Assembly (NCBI GenBank): GCA_963734495.1
Contig: CAVTHK010000010.1
Coordinates: forward strand, 192,001-256,000
Reading direction: 5' to 3'
Source of the DNA: an uncultured Spirochaetota bacterium
GTDB taxonomy: Bacteria; Spirochaetota; Spirochaetia; SZUA-6; CAVTHK01
Length of the DNA stretch: 64,000 nucleotides
A model generated the notes under the pieces. That model saw nothing but the letters and a program-made list of their open reading frames with translations, ran no database searches and was not told the origin of the DNA. Positions 27,045-37,186 of the stretch are shown in pieces. Each line of letters opens with the position of its first letter. Position 1 is the stretch's first letter. A program made the position numbers and the translations under genes.

Positions 27045-27109
27045 TTTACAGCGCATTTACTCCGGCGCACGGCACTCTTACGCACGTTTTATGCCGTGCT
27101 GGGTACCAT
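27045..27109 (+). promoter_or_regulatory. Predicted KdpE binding sites and -10 of the kdp operon
   Basis: TTTACA-N5-TTTACT (27045/27056), CTTACG-N5-TTTATG (27077/27088), TACCAT at 27104; resembles the E. coli KdpE site TTTATA-N5-TTTACA. Confidence 0.72.
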
Positions 27110-27160
27110 TTGCCCCGTCAGTCGGCGGCGCGGGCGGGCAGCCCCCGCGGAGGAGGAGGC

Positions 27161-27250
27161 ATGGACCGGGTCACCGTGGTCAGCGTGGTCATTGCGATCG
27201 GGGTCTTCGTGGCGATGATCGTCGTGTCGCTGCTCGCAAGCGTTCGTTGA
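27161..27250 (+). CDS. 29-aa hydrophobic peptide, KdpF paralog
   Basis: GAGGAGGAGGC-ATG; MDRVTVVSVVIAIGVFVAMIVVSLLASVR; shares a DNA block with kdpF. Confidence 0.7.
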   Translation: MDRVTVVSVVIAIGVFVAMIVVSLLASVR

Positions 27251-27339
27251 TCGGAGTTCCTTACGCCGAAGAGGCTCGTGATCAGACGAACAGGGCGATG
27301 TAGACGGCGACTGGTGGGTCGCCGCACTGAGGAGGAGGC

Positions 27340-27429
27340 ATGAACCTGATAACCGGGGTGAGCCTGGTCATTGCGATCGGGCTCTTCGTCTACCTGTGCT
27401 GGGCTCTTTTCAAGGCGGAGAAACTATGA
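27340..27429 (+). CDS. kdpF: K+-transporting ATPase subunit F
   Basis: [29 protein letters not shown] (YL.xAL..xEK signature); strong RBS; ATGA overlap with kdpA. Confidence 0.88.
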   Translation: MNLITGVSLVIAIGLFVYLCWALFKAEKL

Positions 27430-29150
27430 ACGGCATATTGCAGATCCTGTTCTACCTTGTCGCCCTGCTCGCGCTCGCCTGGCCTCTGGGCCGCTACATG
27501 GCCAGGGTCTACCAGGGGGAGCGTGTGTTCACGACGCCGGTCTTTGCCGGGCTCGAGCGCCTGACTTACCGGGTGCTCGGCATCGATCCCGCGGCGGAGA
27601 TGGATTGGAAGCGCTACTTCTACTCTGTGCTCGCCTTCAGCGCCGTGGGCTTCGTGGCGCTCTATGCGCTGCACTTCCTGCAGGGCGTGCTCCCGCTGAA
27701 CCCCGAGCACCTCGGTCCGACATCGTGGCACCTGGCCTTCAACACCAGCGTCAGCTTCGTCACGAACACCAACTGGCAGGCCTACGGAGGCGAAACGACC
27801 CTCTCCTACTTGACTCAGATGCTGGGCCTCACCGTGCAGAACTTCGTCTCGGCGGCCGCAGGGATGGCCGTGCTCGTGGCCGTCATCCGCGGCTTCGTAC
27901 GAAAGGAAGCGTCGACGATCGGCAATTTCTGGGTGGACATCACCCGCACCGTGTACTACATCCTGCTGCCGCTGGCTTTTGTCGTGGCCCTGATCCTCGT
28001 GTCGCAGGGGGTCGTGCAGACCTTTAGTCCCTACGCGCATGCGACGCTGATCGACCCATACCAGCTCCAGGACGGCACCAAGGTCACGGAGCAGACCATC
28101 GCAGTCGGCCCCGCGGCGTCGCAGATCGCGATCAAGCAGCTCGGGACAAACGGCGGTGGATTCTTCAACGTGAACTCTTCGCACCCCCTCGAGAACGCTA
28201 CGCCCCTCTCGAACTTCGTCGAGATGATTTCGATCCTGCTGATCGGCGCTTCCTTGTGCTTCACCTTCGGAGCGATGGTCAAGGAGCACAGGCAGGGCCG
28301 GGCCTTGCTCTGGACCATGGTGGCGCTCTTCGTGCTCTTCATCGTCGTTGCATTCGTTCCCGAGACGCGGGCGGGCGCCGGGCCCGACGGCGGCGTCGCG
28401 GCCGTCAACGGGACCGCGGGCAACATGGAAGGCAAGGAGGTTCGGTTCGGCGTGCCCAACTCCGTTCTGTGGGCGGTCGCCACGACCTCGGCCTCCAATG
28501 GCTCGGTCAACTCGATGCACGACTCCTACACGCCGCTCGGCGGCCTGGTTCCGATGTTCATGATGCAGCTCGGCGAGGTGGTGTTCGGCGGCGTCGGCTC
28601 GGGGCTCTACGGCATGCTGCTCGTCGCCCTGCTCGCGGTCTTTATCGCCGGCCTCATGGTGGGACGCACCCCGGAGTACCTGGGCAAGAAGGTGGAGTCC
28701 TACGATATGAAGGCTGTCGCGGTCGGCATCCTCATCACGCCGCTGGTGGTGCTCGTCGGCACCGCCATAGCCGTGGCGACGCCCTACACGGTCGCCAGCA
28801 TGAGCAATCCGCTGCCTCACGGCTTCAGCCAGGTGCTCTACCTCTACACCTCGCAGGGCAACAACAACGGGAGCGCTTTTGCCGGCTTCAACGCCAACAC
28901 GTGGTTCTTCAACGTCTCGGGCGGCATCGTGATGCTGATCGCCCGGTTCGCGCCCATGGGGGCGGCACTGGCCGTGGGCGGGTCGCTCGCGCGCAAGAAG
29001 ACGGTGCCCAAGAGCGAGGGCACGTTCCCGACCGACGGAGCGCTCTTCGTGGCGCTCCTGGCGGCCGTCATTCTCATCGTGGGAGGCCTCAACCACTTCC
29101 CGGCCCTGGCCTTGGGTCCGCTGGCCGAGGGCTTCACATCCGGATTCTAG
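27426..29150 (+). CDS. kdpA: K+-transporting ATPase subunit A
   Basis: NTNWQ, TNGGG, SNGS, NNGSA filter motifs; [10 protein letters not shown]. Confidence 0.96.
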   Translation: MNGILQILFYLVALLALAWPLGRYMARVYQGERVFTTPVFAGLERLTYRVLGIDPAAEMDWKRYFYSVLAFSAVGFVALYALHFLQGVLPLNPEHLGPTSWHLAFNTSVSFVTNTNWQAYGGETTLSYLTQMLGLTVQNFVSAAAGMAVLVAVIRGFVRKEASTIGNFWVDITRTVYYILLPLAFVVALILVSQGVVQTFSPYAHATLIDPYQLQDGTKVTEQTIAVGPAASQIAIKQLGTNGGGFFNVNSSHPLENATPLSNFVEMISILLIGASLCFTFGAMVKEHRQGRALLWTMVALFVLFIVVAFVPETRAGAGPDGGVAAVNGTAGNMEGKEVRFGVPNSVLWAVATTSASNGSVNSMHDSYTPLGGLVPMFMMQLGEVVFGGVGSGLYGMLLVALLAVFIAGLMVGRTPEYLGKKVESYDMKAVAVGILITPLVVLVGTAIAVATPYTVASMSNPLPHGFSQVLYLYTSQGNNNGSAFAGFNANTWFFNVSGGIVMLIARFAPMGAALAVGGSLARKKTVPKSEGTFPTDGALFVALLAAVILIVGGLNHFPALALGPLAEGFTSGF

Positions 29151-29244
29151 GACCATGGATGGTCCTGCCCGCGGGCGCCAGGGATGGCATAGCCCACGGG
29201 ATCTATGGTCGCGCGCCCGGCGCGCGCCGCCTGAGGAGGAGCGT

Positions 29245-31290
29245 ATGTTCAAGAGCGCAAAGGGAATCGCAGCTCGGGCGATCCGCGACAGCTTCGCGAA
29301 GCTCGATCCCAGGGTGCAGGTCCGCAACCCTGTGATGTTCGTGGTGTTCGTCGGGGCGATCCTGACGACACTCGTGTACGTCGCAGCCCGCTTCCAGCCG
29401 GACCTCGCGACGTCGCCGGGGTTCGTGGGATCGGTGTCGATCTGGCTTTGGCTCACGGTGCTCTTCGCCAACTTCGCGGAGGCCGTGGCCGAGGGCAGGG
29501 GCAAGGCGCAGGCCGAGGCCCTGCGCAGGGCCAGGCAGGAGGTGCCGGCCCGCAAGCTGCGGGAACCGCGGCCGGACGCCGCGTTCGACGAGGTCGCCTC
29601 GTCAGATCTCTCGGCAGGCGACCTGGTTCTGGTCAAGGCCGGCGACGTCATTCCGGGCGACGGCGAAGTCACCGAAGGCGTGGCGTCGGTGGACGAGAGC
29701 GCCATCACAGGCGAGAGCGCCCCGGTCATCCGGGAGAGCGGTGGGGACCGCAGCTCCGTTACCGGCGGGACGCGCGTCATCTCCGACTGGATCATCGTTC
29801 GGATTACCGGAAAGAGAGGCGAGAGCTTCCTGGACCGCATGATCGCCATGGTCGAGGGGGCAAAACGCCAGAAGACGCCGAACGAGATCGCGCTGAACAT
29901 CCTGCTGGCCGCGTTGACGATCGTCTTTCTCGTAGTGACTGTCACTCTCTATCCCTACAGCGTCTTCAGCGTCGAGCAGATCAAGTCGGGGCGCCCGGTG
30001 GACGTCGTGTCGCTGGTCGCGTTGCTGGTCTGCCTGGCTCCCACTACGATCGGAGCCCTCCTTTCGGCCATAGGAATCGCAGGCATGAACCGGCTCGCGC
30101 GCGTCAACGTGATGGCGATGTCAGGCCGCGCCGTGGAGGCCGCAGGCGACGTAGACGTGCTGCTCCTCGACAAGACCGGCACCATCACGCTGGGCAACAG
30201 GCAGGCATCCGCGCTCATCCCCGCTCCCGGGGTCTCCCCGGAGAGCCTGGCCGACGCCGCCCAGCTCAGCTCGCTGGCTGACGAGACTCCCGAAGGCCGC
30301 AGCATTGTGGTCCTCGCCAAGCGCGACTTCGGCATCCGCGGCCGTGAGCTCGTCGATCTCAAGCACCGTTTCATTCCGTTTTCAGCCAAAACCAGGATGA
30401 GCGGGATCGACCTCGGAAGCAGGCAGATCCGCAAGGGGGCCGTGGACGCGATTCAGCAGTTCGTGGCGGCAAAGGGCGGCGCCGTGCCAGGGCCGATCTC
30501 GCAGAGAGCGCAGGCGGTCGCACTGGAGGGCGGTACGCCTCTTCTGGTCGCGGAGAACGACCGCGTCCTGGGGCTGGTGGCGCTCAAGGACATAGTGAAA
30601 CATGGCATCAAGGAGCGCTTCGCACAGCTGCGCGGCATGGGCGTGAAGACCGTGATGATCACGGGCGACAATCCGAACACGGCTGCTTCCATAGCCGCCG
30701 AGGCAGGTGTGGACGACTTTCTCGCCCAGGCAACCCCCGAAGCCAAGCTCAACCTGATCCGCGACTACCAGAAGGGGGGCCGCCTTGTGGCGATGACCGG
30801 CGACGGCACCAACGACGCCCCTGCGCTGGCCCAGGCTGACGTGGCCGTGGCCATGAACGCGGGCACTCAGGCGGCCAAGGAGGCCGGCAACATGGTCGAC
30901 CTGGACTCCAACCCGACCAAGCTGCTCGACGTTGTCCAGATCGGCAAGCAGATGCTCATCACGCGTGGCACCCTCACCACGTTCAGCGTGGCCAACGACG
31001 TGGCCAAGTACTTCGCGATCCTGCCGTCGATGTTCGTGGGAACCTACCCGGCGCTCGGGGCCCTCAACGTCATGGGTCTCCACACGGACACTGCCATCCT
31101 GTCGGCAGTGATCTTCAACGCGCTGATCATCGTGGCCCTGATTCCCCTCGCGCTGCGGGGAGTCGCCTACAAAGCCATGTCGGCGGCGCGGCTGCTCAAG
31201 CGGAATCTCCTGGTCTACGGCCTGGGAGGGTTGATCGCCCCCTTTGTCGGGATCAAGGTGATCGATCTCCTGTTGGGAGGAATTAGATGA
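29245..31290 (+). CDS. kdpB: K+-transporting ATPase subunit B (P-type ATPase)
   Basis: [42 protein letters not shown]. Confidence 0.97.
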   Translation: MFKSAKGIAARAIRDSFAKLDPRVQVRNPVMFVVFVGAILTTLVYVAARFQPDLATSPGFVGSVSIWLWLTVLFANFAEAVAEGRGKAQAEALRRARQEVPARKLREPRPDAAFDEVASSDLSAGDLVLVKAGDVIPGDGEVTEGVASVDESAITGESAPVIRESGGDRSSVTGGTRVISDWIIVRITGKRGESFLDRMIAMVEGAKRQKTPNEIALNILLAALTIVFLVVTVTLYPYSVFSVEQIKSGRPVDVVSLVALLVCLAPTTIGALLSAIGIAGMNRLARVNVMAMSGRAVEAAGDVDVLLLDKTGTITLGNRQASALIPAPGVSPESLADAAQLSSLADETPEGRSIVVLAKRDFGIRGRELVDLKHRFIPFSAKTRMSGIDLGSRQIRKGAVDAIQQFVAAKGGAVPGPISQRAQAVALEGGTPLLVAENDRVLGLVALKDIVKHGIKERFAQLRGMGVKTVMITGDNPNTAASIAAEAGVDDFLAQATPEAKLNLIRDYQKGGRLVAMTGDGTNDAPALAQADVAVAMNAGTQAAKEAGNMVDLDSNPTKLLDVVQIGKQMLITRGTLTTFSVANDVAKYFAILPSMFVGTYPALGALNVMGLHTDTAILSAVIFNALIIVALIPLALRGVAYKAMSAARLLKRNLLVYGLGGLIAPFVGIKVIDLLLGGIR

Positions 31291-31883
31291 AGAATCGCGT
31301 CTGGTTGCCTTCGATCATCCTGCTTGTGGTTATGACTGTGCTCACCGGAGTCGCCTACCCCCTGGTGGTCACGGCTGCCGGGCGGCTGCTGTTTCCCTCG
31401 CAGGCGAGCGGGAGCCTGGTAACCCGCGGCGGGCAGGTCGTCGGCTCCGCCCTCGTGGGACAGCAGTTCACCTCCGACCGCTACTTCTGGGGCAGGCCCT
31501 CGGCAACAGGCCCGATGCCCTACAATGCCGCGGCATCCTCCGGGAGCAACCTGACCCCGAGAGGCGACGCGCTGAAACAGCAGGTCGCAGATCGCGTCGA
31601 CGCGCTCAGGAAAGCCAACCCTGACGCGCGCGGACCTATCCCTGCCGACCTGGTAACCGCCTCGGGGAGCGGCCTCGATCCTGACATCGCCAGGGCGGCG
31701 GCGCTGTACCAGGTGCCGCGTGTCGCAAAGGCGCGCAACGTCCCCGAGGACCGCGTGCTCGCCCTCGTGGCACGAGTGTCGCAGGGGCGTCAGCTCGGCT
31801 TCCTGGGGGAGCCGCGGGTCAATGTGTTAAGATTGAACCTGGCGCTGGACGAAGCCTTTGGAGAGCGCGTAGGAGGACGATGA
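31287..31883 (+). CDS. kdpC: K+-transporting ATPase subunit C
   Basis: [43 protein letters not shown]. Confidence 0.96.
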   Translation: MKNRVWLPSIILLVVMTVLTGVAYPLVVTAAGRLLFPSQASGSLVTRGGQVVGSALVGQQFTSDRYFWGRPSATGPMPYNAAASSGSNLTPRGDALKQQVADRVDALRKANPDARGPIPADLVTASGSGLDPDIARAAALYQVPRVAKARNVPEDRVLALVARVSQGRQLGFLGEPRVNVLRLNLALDEAFGERVGGR

Positions 31884-34558
31884 GCGAGGCGGGCGAACCG
31901 CGGCGACCAGATCCGGATCAGCTGCTGAAGCAGGCGCGGGCCGACGAGTCGACAAAGGGGAAGCTGAAGGTCTTCTTCGGATACGCCGCGGGCGTAGGCA
32001 AGACGTACGCGATGCTCTCCGAAGCGCGCAGGGAGCGCGATGAAGGCACCGACGTCGTCGCGGGCTACATCGAGCCCCATGCGCGCCCGGAGACCATGGA
32101 GCTGATGGAGGGGCTGGAGGCGCTGCCGCCGAAGATCGTCGTCCACCGCGGGATCGCGCTGCAGGACTTTGACCTGGACGCGGCGCTCGCCCGCAGGCCT
32201 GCGCTTGTCCTCGTCGATGAGCTGGCCCACACCAACGCGCCCGGCATGCGGCACGCGAAGCGCTGGCAGGACGTTCGGGAGCTGCTCGACGAAGGAATCG
32301 ACGTCTACACCTCGCTCAACGTGCAGCACATCGAGAGCCTGAGCGACGTCGTGGCGAGCATCACGGGCATCGTCGTGAACGAAACCGTGCCCGACACGCT
32401 CTTCGACGAGGCGGAGCGCATCGAGCTCATCGACCTGCCGCCGGAGGAGCTGGAGGAGAGGTTCCGCGAAGGCAAGGTCTATATCCCGGCGCAGGCCGAG
32501 ACCGCCATGCGCAACTTCTTCCAGAGGCCCAAGCTGGTGGCCTTGCGGGAGATCGCGCTGAGGCGCATGGCCGAGCAGGTCAACCGGTCGGTACAGGACC
32601 TGCGACTCCAGCGGCCTGGTGCGGCGATCTGGCCGACCGTCGAGACGCTCCTGGTCTGCGTGGGGCCAAGCCCCTCCTCGGCCACCGTGATCCGAAAGGC
32701 ACGGAGGATGGCGGCGGCGTTTCACGCCCGCTGGGTGGCACTCCACGTCCGCCAGCCCGGCATCACGCTCGGGGCGGCCGTGCAGGAGAGCCTGCGGCGC
32801 AACCTGGCGCTTGCCGAGAGCCTCGGCGCCGAAGTGGCCGCGATCCAGGCCGAAGGCAACGACGCGGCCGCCGCGATCGTGAGCTACGCGGGCCTTCGCA
32901 ACGTCACAAAGATCGTCATCGGCAAGAATCTCTCCCCCTTTCGCCCGCTTCAGCACCTCCGGGGTGACCTGGTGGATCGACTCCTGCACGCCAGCGGCGA
33001 CATCGACGTGTACGTCATTCCCGGCGAGACGGAACAAGGGGCCGCGACCCGCGAGTCCCCGACGCGCCGTGGCTGGAGCGGGTTTTTCGGATCGTTCCTG
33101 GTCATGATCGGCACCGTGGCGCTGGCCGCGTGGCTGCGCGGACTCGGCTTTGCGCTGCCCAACGTGATCATGGCCCTGCTGCTCGGCGTCGTAGCCTGCT
33201 CGTTGTGGTTCGGCAGTCGTGCCGGTATCGCCGCTTCGGTTGTCGGCGTGCTCGGGTTCAACTTCTTCTTCACTGAGCCGTACTTCACATTCGCGATCAG
33301 CGACACGCAGTACGTCATCACATTCTTCGTCATGCTGTTGGTAGCCCTGTCCCTCAGCACCCTCACCTCAAGGGTCAAGCGCCAGGCGGTGATGGCGCGC
33401 CAGCAGGAATGGCGCACGGACGCTCTCTATCGGCTCTCCAAGGTGCTCTCCCGCACGCCCGGCCGCCTGCCGATCGTGACAGCCGCGCGGGAGACGCTGG
33501 CGGGAACTCTGCGGGCCGACTTTGCGATATTCCTCGAGGAGGGCGGGCGAGTTCTCAAGGTCGAGAAGGAGGCCCTCACCTCGATCGATAACCGGGAGGA
33601 GGCCGTGGTCACGTGGGTCCTGCGCAACGGCCAGCCGGCCGGCCAGGGAACCGGGACCCTCAGCGCAGCCGATGCGCTCTACCTCCCGCTCAAGGGGAGC
33701 CGCGACGTGCTGGGCGTGCTCAGCGTGCGTTTTCACAACCCGCGCGACCTGGCGTTCCGCGACCTTCGGAACCTCATCGAGACCTTCGCCGCCCAGATCG
33801 CGGTCGCCCTCGAGCGGGAGGAGCTGTCGAAGACCTCGCAGGAGGCCATGGTCAAGGTCGAAGGCGAGCGGCTGCGCACCTCGCTGCTGCGCTCCATCTC
33901 CCACGACCTGCGCACCCCGCTCGCAGGCATCGCAGGATCGGCCAGCGTGCTTCTGGACAGGCTGCATGACCGCAGCGGAGTCGAGGAGCGCGAGCTGCTC
34001 GAAGGGATCGCGGAAGAGGCCGCCTGGATGACACGTACCTTCGACAACCTGCTGAGCCTCACGCGGCTGGAATCCGAGCGCGTGGATCTGCGCACCGAGC
34101 CCGAGGCCGTGGATGACGTGGTGAGCTGGGCGCTGCAGACGGCGGCCAAGCGGACCGAGGGCCACGAGGTCCGCGTAAGCCTGCCGGAAGACGTGCTCAT
34201 CGTCCGCATGGAGAGCGGGCTCATCGCGCAGGTGCTGGTGAACCTGCTCGACAACGCCGCGAAGTACTCGCCGCCGGGGACCACCATCGACGTCTCGGTG
34301 CGGCGCGAGGACGGGCGCGCGGCGTTCGAAGTGGCTGACCAGGGACCCGGCGTGCCTCCGGCGGAGAGTGAGCGGATCTTCGACAAGTTCTACCGCCTCC
34401 GCGAGCACGCGAGCCGGACCAGGGGGACCGGCCTCGGGCTTTCGATCTGCAAGGCGATCGTTGACGCTCATGGCGGGTCGATCGCTGTCCACCCCCATGA
34501 AGGCGGAGGGAGCCGCTTCGTGTTCACACTCCCTCTGGAGGCTGACGGTGAGCGCTGA
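31880..34558 (+). CDS. kdpD: Sensor histidine kinase KdpD
   Basis: [26 protein letters not shown] domain, 4 [19 protein letters not shown]. Confidence 0.96.
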   Translation: MSEAGEPRRPDPDQLLKQARADESTKGKLKVFFGYAAGVGKTYAMLSEARRERDEGTDVVAGYIEPHARPETMELMEGLEALPPKIVVHRGIALQDFDLDAALARRPALVLVDELAHTNAPGMRHAKRWQDVRELLDEGIDVYTSLNVQHIESLSDVVASITGIVVNETVPDTLFDEAERIELIDLPPEELEERFREGKVYIPAQAETAMRNFFQRPKLVALREIALRRMAEQVNRSVQDLRLQRPGAAIWPTVETLLVCVGPSPSSATVIRKARRMAAAFHARWVALHVRQPGITLGAAVQESLRRNLALAESLGAEVAAIQAEGNDAAAAIVSYAGLRNVTKIVIGKNLSPFRPLQHLRGDLVDRLLHASGDIDVYVIPGETEQGAATRESPTRRGWSGFFGSFLVMIGTVALAAWLRGLGFALPNVIMALLLGVVACSLWFGSRAGIAASVVGVLGFNFFFTEPYFTFAISDTQYVITFFVMLLVALSLSTLTSRVKRQAVMARQQEWRTDALYRLSKVLSRTPGRLPIVTAARETLAGTLRADFAIFLEEGGRVLKVEKEALTSIDNREEAVVTWVLRNGQPAGQGTGTLSAADALYLPLKGSRDVLGVLSVRFHNPRDLAFRDLRNLIETFAAQIAVALEREELSKTSQEAMVKVEGERLRTSLLRSISHDLRTPLAGIAGSASVLLDRLHDRSGVEERELLEGIAEEAAWMTRTFDNLLSLTRLESERVDLRTEPEAVDDVVSWALQTAAKRTEGHEVRVSLPEDVLIVRMESGLIAQVLVNLLDNAAKYSPPGTTIDVSVRREDGRAAFEVADQGPGVPPAESERIFDKFYRLREHASRTRGTGLGLSICKAIVDAHGGSIAVHPHEGGGSRFVFTLPLEADGER

Positions 34559-35247
34559 GCCTCTCGTGCTCGTGGTCGAGGACGACCGGCAGATCCGGAG
34601 ATTCCTGCGGGCGTCCCTTGCGACCCAGGCCTACCGCCTGATCGAGACCGACAAGGGTGATGAAGGGCTGTCCCTCGCCGCCTCCCACGTGCCCGACGTC
34701 GTGGTGCTCGACCTGGGGCTTCCGGACATGGAGGGCGTCGAGGTCATCCGCAGGCTGCGCAAGTGGTCGGCGGTTCACGTCATCGTCATCTCCGCCCGCG
34801 GCCAGGAGCGCGACAAGATCGCCGCCCTGGACGCGGGAGCCGATGACTACCTCACCAAACCCTTCGGCGTGGGCGAGCTCCTCGCCCGCCTCCGAGTCGC
34901 CCTACGCCGGTCAGCGGAGCGGCCCGGACCCGCGGAGCAGGCCGGAATGCTGCGGGTGGGCGATCTCGAGGTGGACCTCGAAGCGCACCGGACCTTCCTC
35001 GCCGGCGAGGAGCTTCACCTGACGCCCATCGAGTTCAGGTTGCTCACAGTTCTGATGCGCAACGCGGGAAAGGTGCTCACGCACACCTACCTGCTGAATG
35101 AAGTGTGGGGGCCGGGCAGGGGCGATCAGAGCCACTACGTGCGCATCTACATGGCCGGGACTGCGCCGGAAGATCGAGCCCGATTCGGCCCGTTCGCGAT
35201 ACATCTTCACGGAGATCGGGGTGGGTTACCGGTTCGCGGACGAGTAA
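34548..35247 (+). CDS. kdpE: Response regulator KdpE; +1 frameshift near 35158
   Basis: [28 protein letters not shown]; after removing one [25 protein letters not shown]. Confidence 0.92.
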
Positions 35248-35361
35248 GCGACGGGCTCGGATCCTGCTCGAAGGCCCGGCTTCAACACCTGGCTGCGGCA
35301 TGGGCCGCGGCGTGGCGCTGCCTCTGGCGCGCGAAGGGTCCTTGAGCCTATAATCCGCGGC

Positions 35362-35847
35362 ATGAAGCGGGTCTGGGTCATGCGCCACGCCAAGGCGGAG
35401 AGCGACGACGCGATCGCCGACATCGAGCGCCCGCTCGCAAAACGGGGCGCCCGGGAGGCGCCGGAGATCGGCCTCTGGCTCGCGGCGCACGGCGGCCCGC
35501 CGGACCTGGTCGCGTCGTCTCCCGCGCTGCGCGCGCGGCAGACCGCGGATCTCGTCGCGCGCGGGGCCGGCTACCGGCGGAAGATCGCGAGCTGGCCGCT
35601 TCTCTATCCGGGCGAGGCCGCCTCCACGCTGGCCGCGGTTCGCGAGCTCGACGACTCGCTCGCGAGCGTGCTGCTGGTCACGCACAACCCGCACGCCGAA
35701 GATCTCGTGGCGCTCCTCGCCGGCGGGCTGCGGGTCCGCATGGCGACCTCGGCGCTCGCGCTGCTGGAGACGGAGGCGGACTCGTGGGGCGCCGTCGAGG
35801 CGTTCTCGATGAGCCTGAGCGCGCTTGTCTCTCCCGCGACGCTCTGA
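35362..35847 (+). CDS. sixA: SixA-like phosphohistidine phosphatase
   Basis: RHAKA, RPL..RG, SSPALRARQT, VTHNP. Confidence 0.85.
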   Translation: MKRVWVMRHAKAESDDAIADIERPLAKRGAREAPEIGLWLAAHGGPPDLVASSPALRARQTADLVARGAGYRRKIASWPLLYPGEAASTLAAVRELDDSLASVLLVTHNPHAEDLVALLAGGLRVRMATSALALLETEADSWGAVEAFSMSLSALVSPATL

Positions 35848-35875
35848 GGCCCGCCCCGGCGGCGGTCCGGCCCGC

Positions 35876-37081
35876 CTAACAGGGAGCAGAGCGACCGATC
35901 TGCCGCAGGTACGCCCGGTAGTACGGTTCGACCCGCGCGCGCTTCTCGCCGGCGGCGGCCTCGAAGTATGTCCCTCCGAGGTAGAAACAGGCGAACCCGC
36001 CGGAGGCGACGGCCCACGCGCACGCCTCGGCAAAGTCAAGAGCTCCGCGCTTCGCTCCGCCGGCAAGCTGCCGGGCGATCGACGCGAGCAGCCCGCCCAC
36101 GAAATTGTCCCCGCACCCGGTGGTGTCGCCCCGCCGGGCGGGATCGCCGGCGAGCTCCCGATCGATCTCCTCGCAGGCCGGAAGCATCTCGAGCGCCTGC
36201 GGTGCGAACAGTCCGCCGCCCGACCAGAGGCACACCGGGTCCGCCCCCTGAGTCACGGCGACGGCGCCCGCGCCCATCTCCCCGAAGAAGCGCACCGCGT
36301 CCGGAACGCTCGACGTCCCGCTCGTCCGCAGCGCCTCCTCGCGGTCCGCCACCAGCAGGTCGATGGCCCGGAACGTGCCGTCATCCTCACCGAGAGGCCA
36401 CCGCTTGCCGGGATTTGCCTTCTCGTTGAGAAAGTCGAACACGGTGCCGACGACCGTGATGCCTCCGTTGCCACGGACCCGTCGCAGGAGCGACCCGAGC
36501 CCTCTGTGAAGCGGAGGCACGATGGCGGTCCCGCCAAAGAGAGCCACGTCCGCCGAGAACAGGCGCGGGTCCACTTCCGAAGGCTCGAAGCGGGCGGCCG
36601 CCCCGATGGCGTTGACGAACATGCGCTCGCCGCGGCCGCCCGCCTCGGCGGGGTCGGAAAAGACAAAGGTGAAGGGCGTCGCGCCGGGGAACACGCGGCA
36701 GGCGGACGCGTCGACCGGGGTCCGACGCAGGTACTCGAGCATCAGCCGTCCCGTCTCGTCGTCGCCTCGCGCGCCCTGAAAGCGCGCGCGGATGCCGCCG
36801 CCCTGCAGTAGCTGCGCGGCGTTGATCAGCGCCACCACCGCGGGCCCCCCCAGGTTGACGCGACTCGGCGCCGCGCGCCCCGCGAGGTCCTCGAGCACGG
36901 CGGCGAAGGGCCGGCCCGCGAAGCGCTCGAGCTCCTCCGCGAACACCAGCCTGCCGGCCCGCAGGCCCCCATCGCCGTCGGCGCGCGACGCGTAGCGCCG
37001 GAACTGCGGCGCCGCGAAGTCGACCGGTGCGTAGAGGTAGTCGATGAGGCAGCAGCCCGCGGCCCAGATCTCGAGGTCCAA
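35876..37081 (-). CDS. PfkB/ribokinase-family carbohydrate kinase
   Basis: NLGGPA, VTQG, GDTTGCGDNFVGG signature; GGAGG plus TTG start. Confidence 0.85.
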   Translation of the reverse strand: MDLEIWAAGCCLIDYLYAPVDFAAPQFRRYASRADGDGGLRAGRLVFAEELERFAGRPFAAVLEDLAGRAAPSRVNLGGPAVVALINAAQLLQGGGIRARFQGARGDDETGRLMLEYLRRTPVDASACRVFPGATPFTFVFSDPAEAGGRGERMFVNAIGAAARFEPSEVDPRLFSADVALFGGTAIVPPLHRGLGSLLRRVRGNGGITVVGTVFDFLNEKANPGKRWPLGEDDGTFRAIDLLVADREEALRTSGTSSVPDAVRFFGEMGAGAVAVTQGADPVCLWSGGGLFAPQALEMLPACEEIDRELAGDPARRGDTTGCGDNFVGGLLASIARQLAGGAKRGALDFAEACAWAVASGGFACFYLGGTYFEAAAGEKRARVEPYYRAYLRQIGRSAPC

Positions 37082-37186
37082 GGGTCCCCTCCGCTCAGGG
37101 CTCGACCGTATCACCGCCGCGGACGGGCGGCAACCTTGCGATCAGGCAGGCCAAGGCCTTGCTGGAACTTCCATCGGGCGAGGTCT

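Noticed and set aside
35150-35345. Programmed frameshift or novel C-terminus in KdpE
   Set aside because: No slippery site; deleting one G restores the canonical LRRKIE..GVGYRF end
21775-35345. att sites or target-site duplications flanking the K+ cluster
   Set aside because: Only short matches (AAGGGTC) found; no integrase, transposase or tRNA nearby
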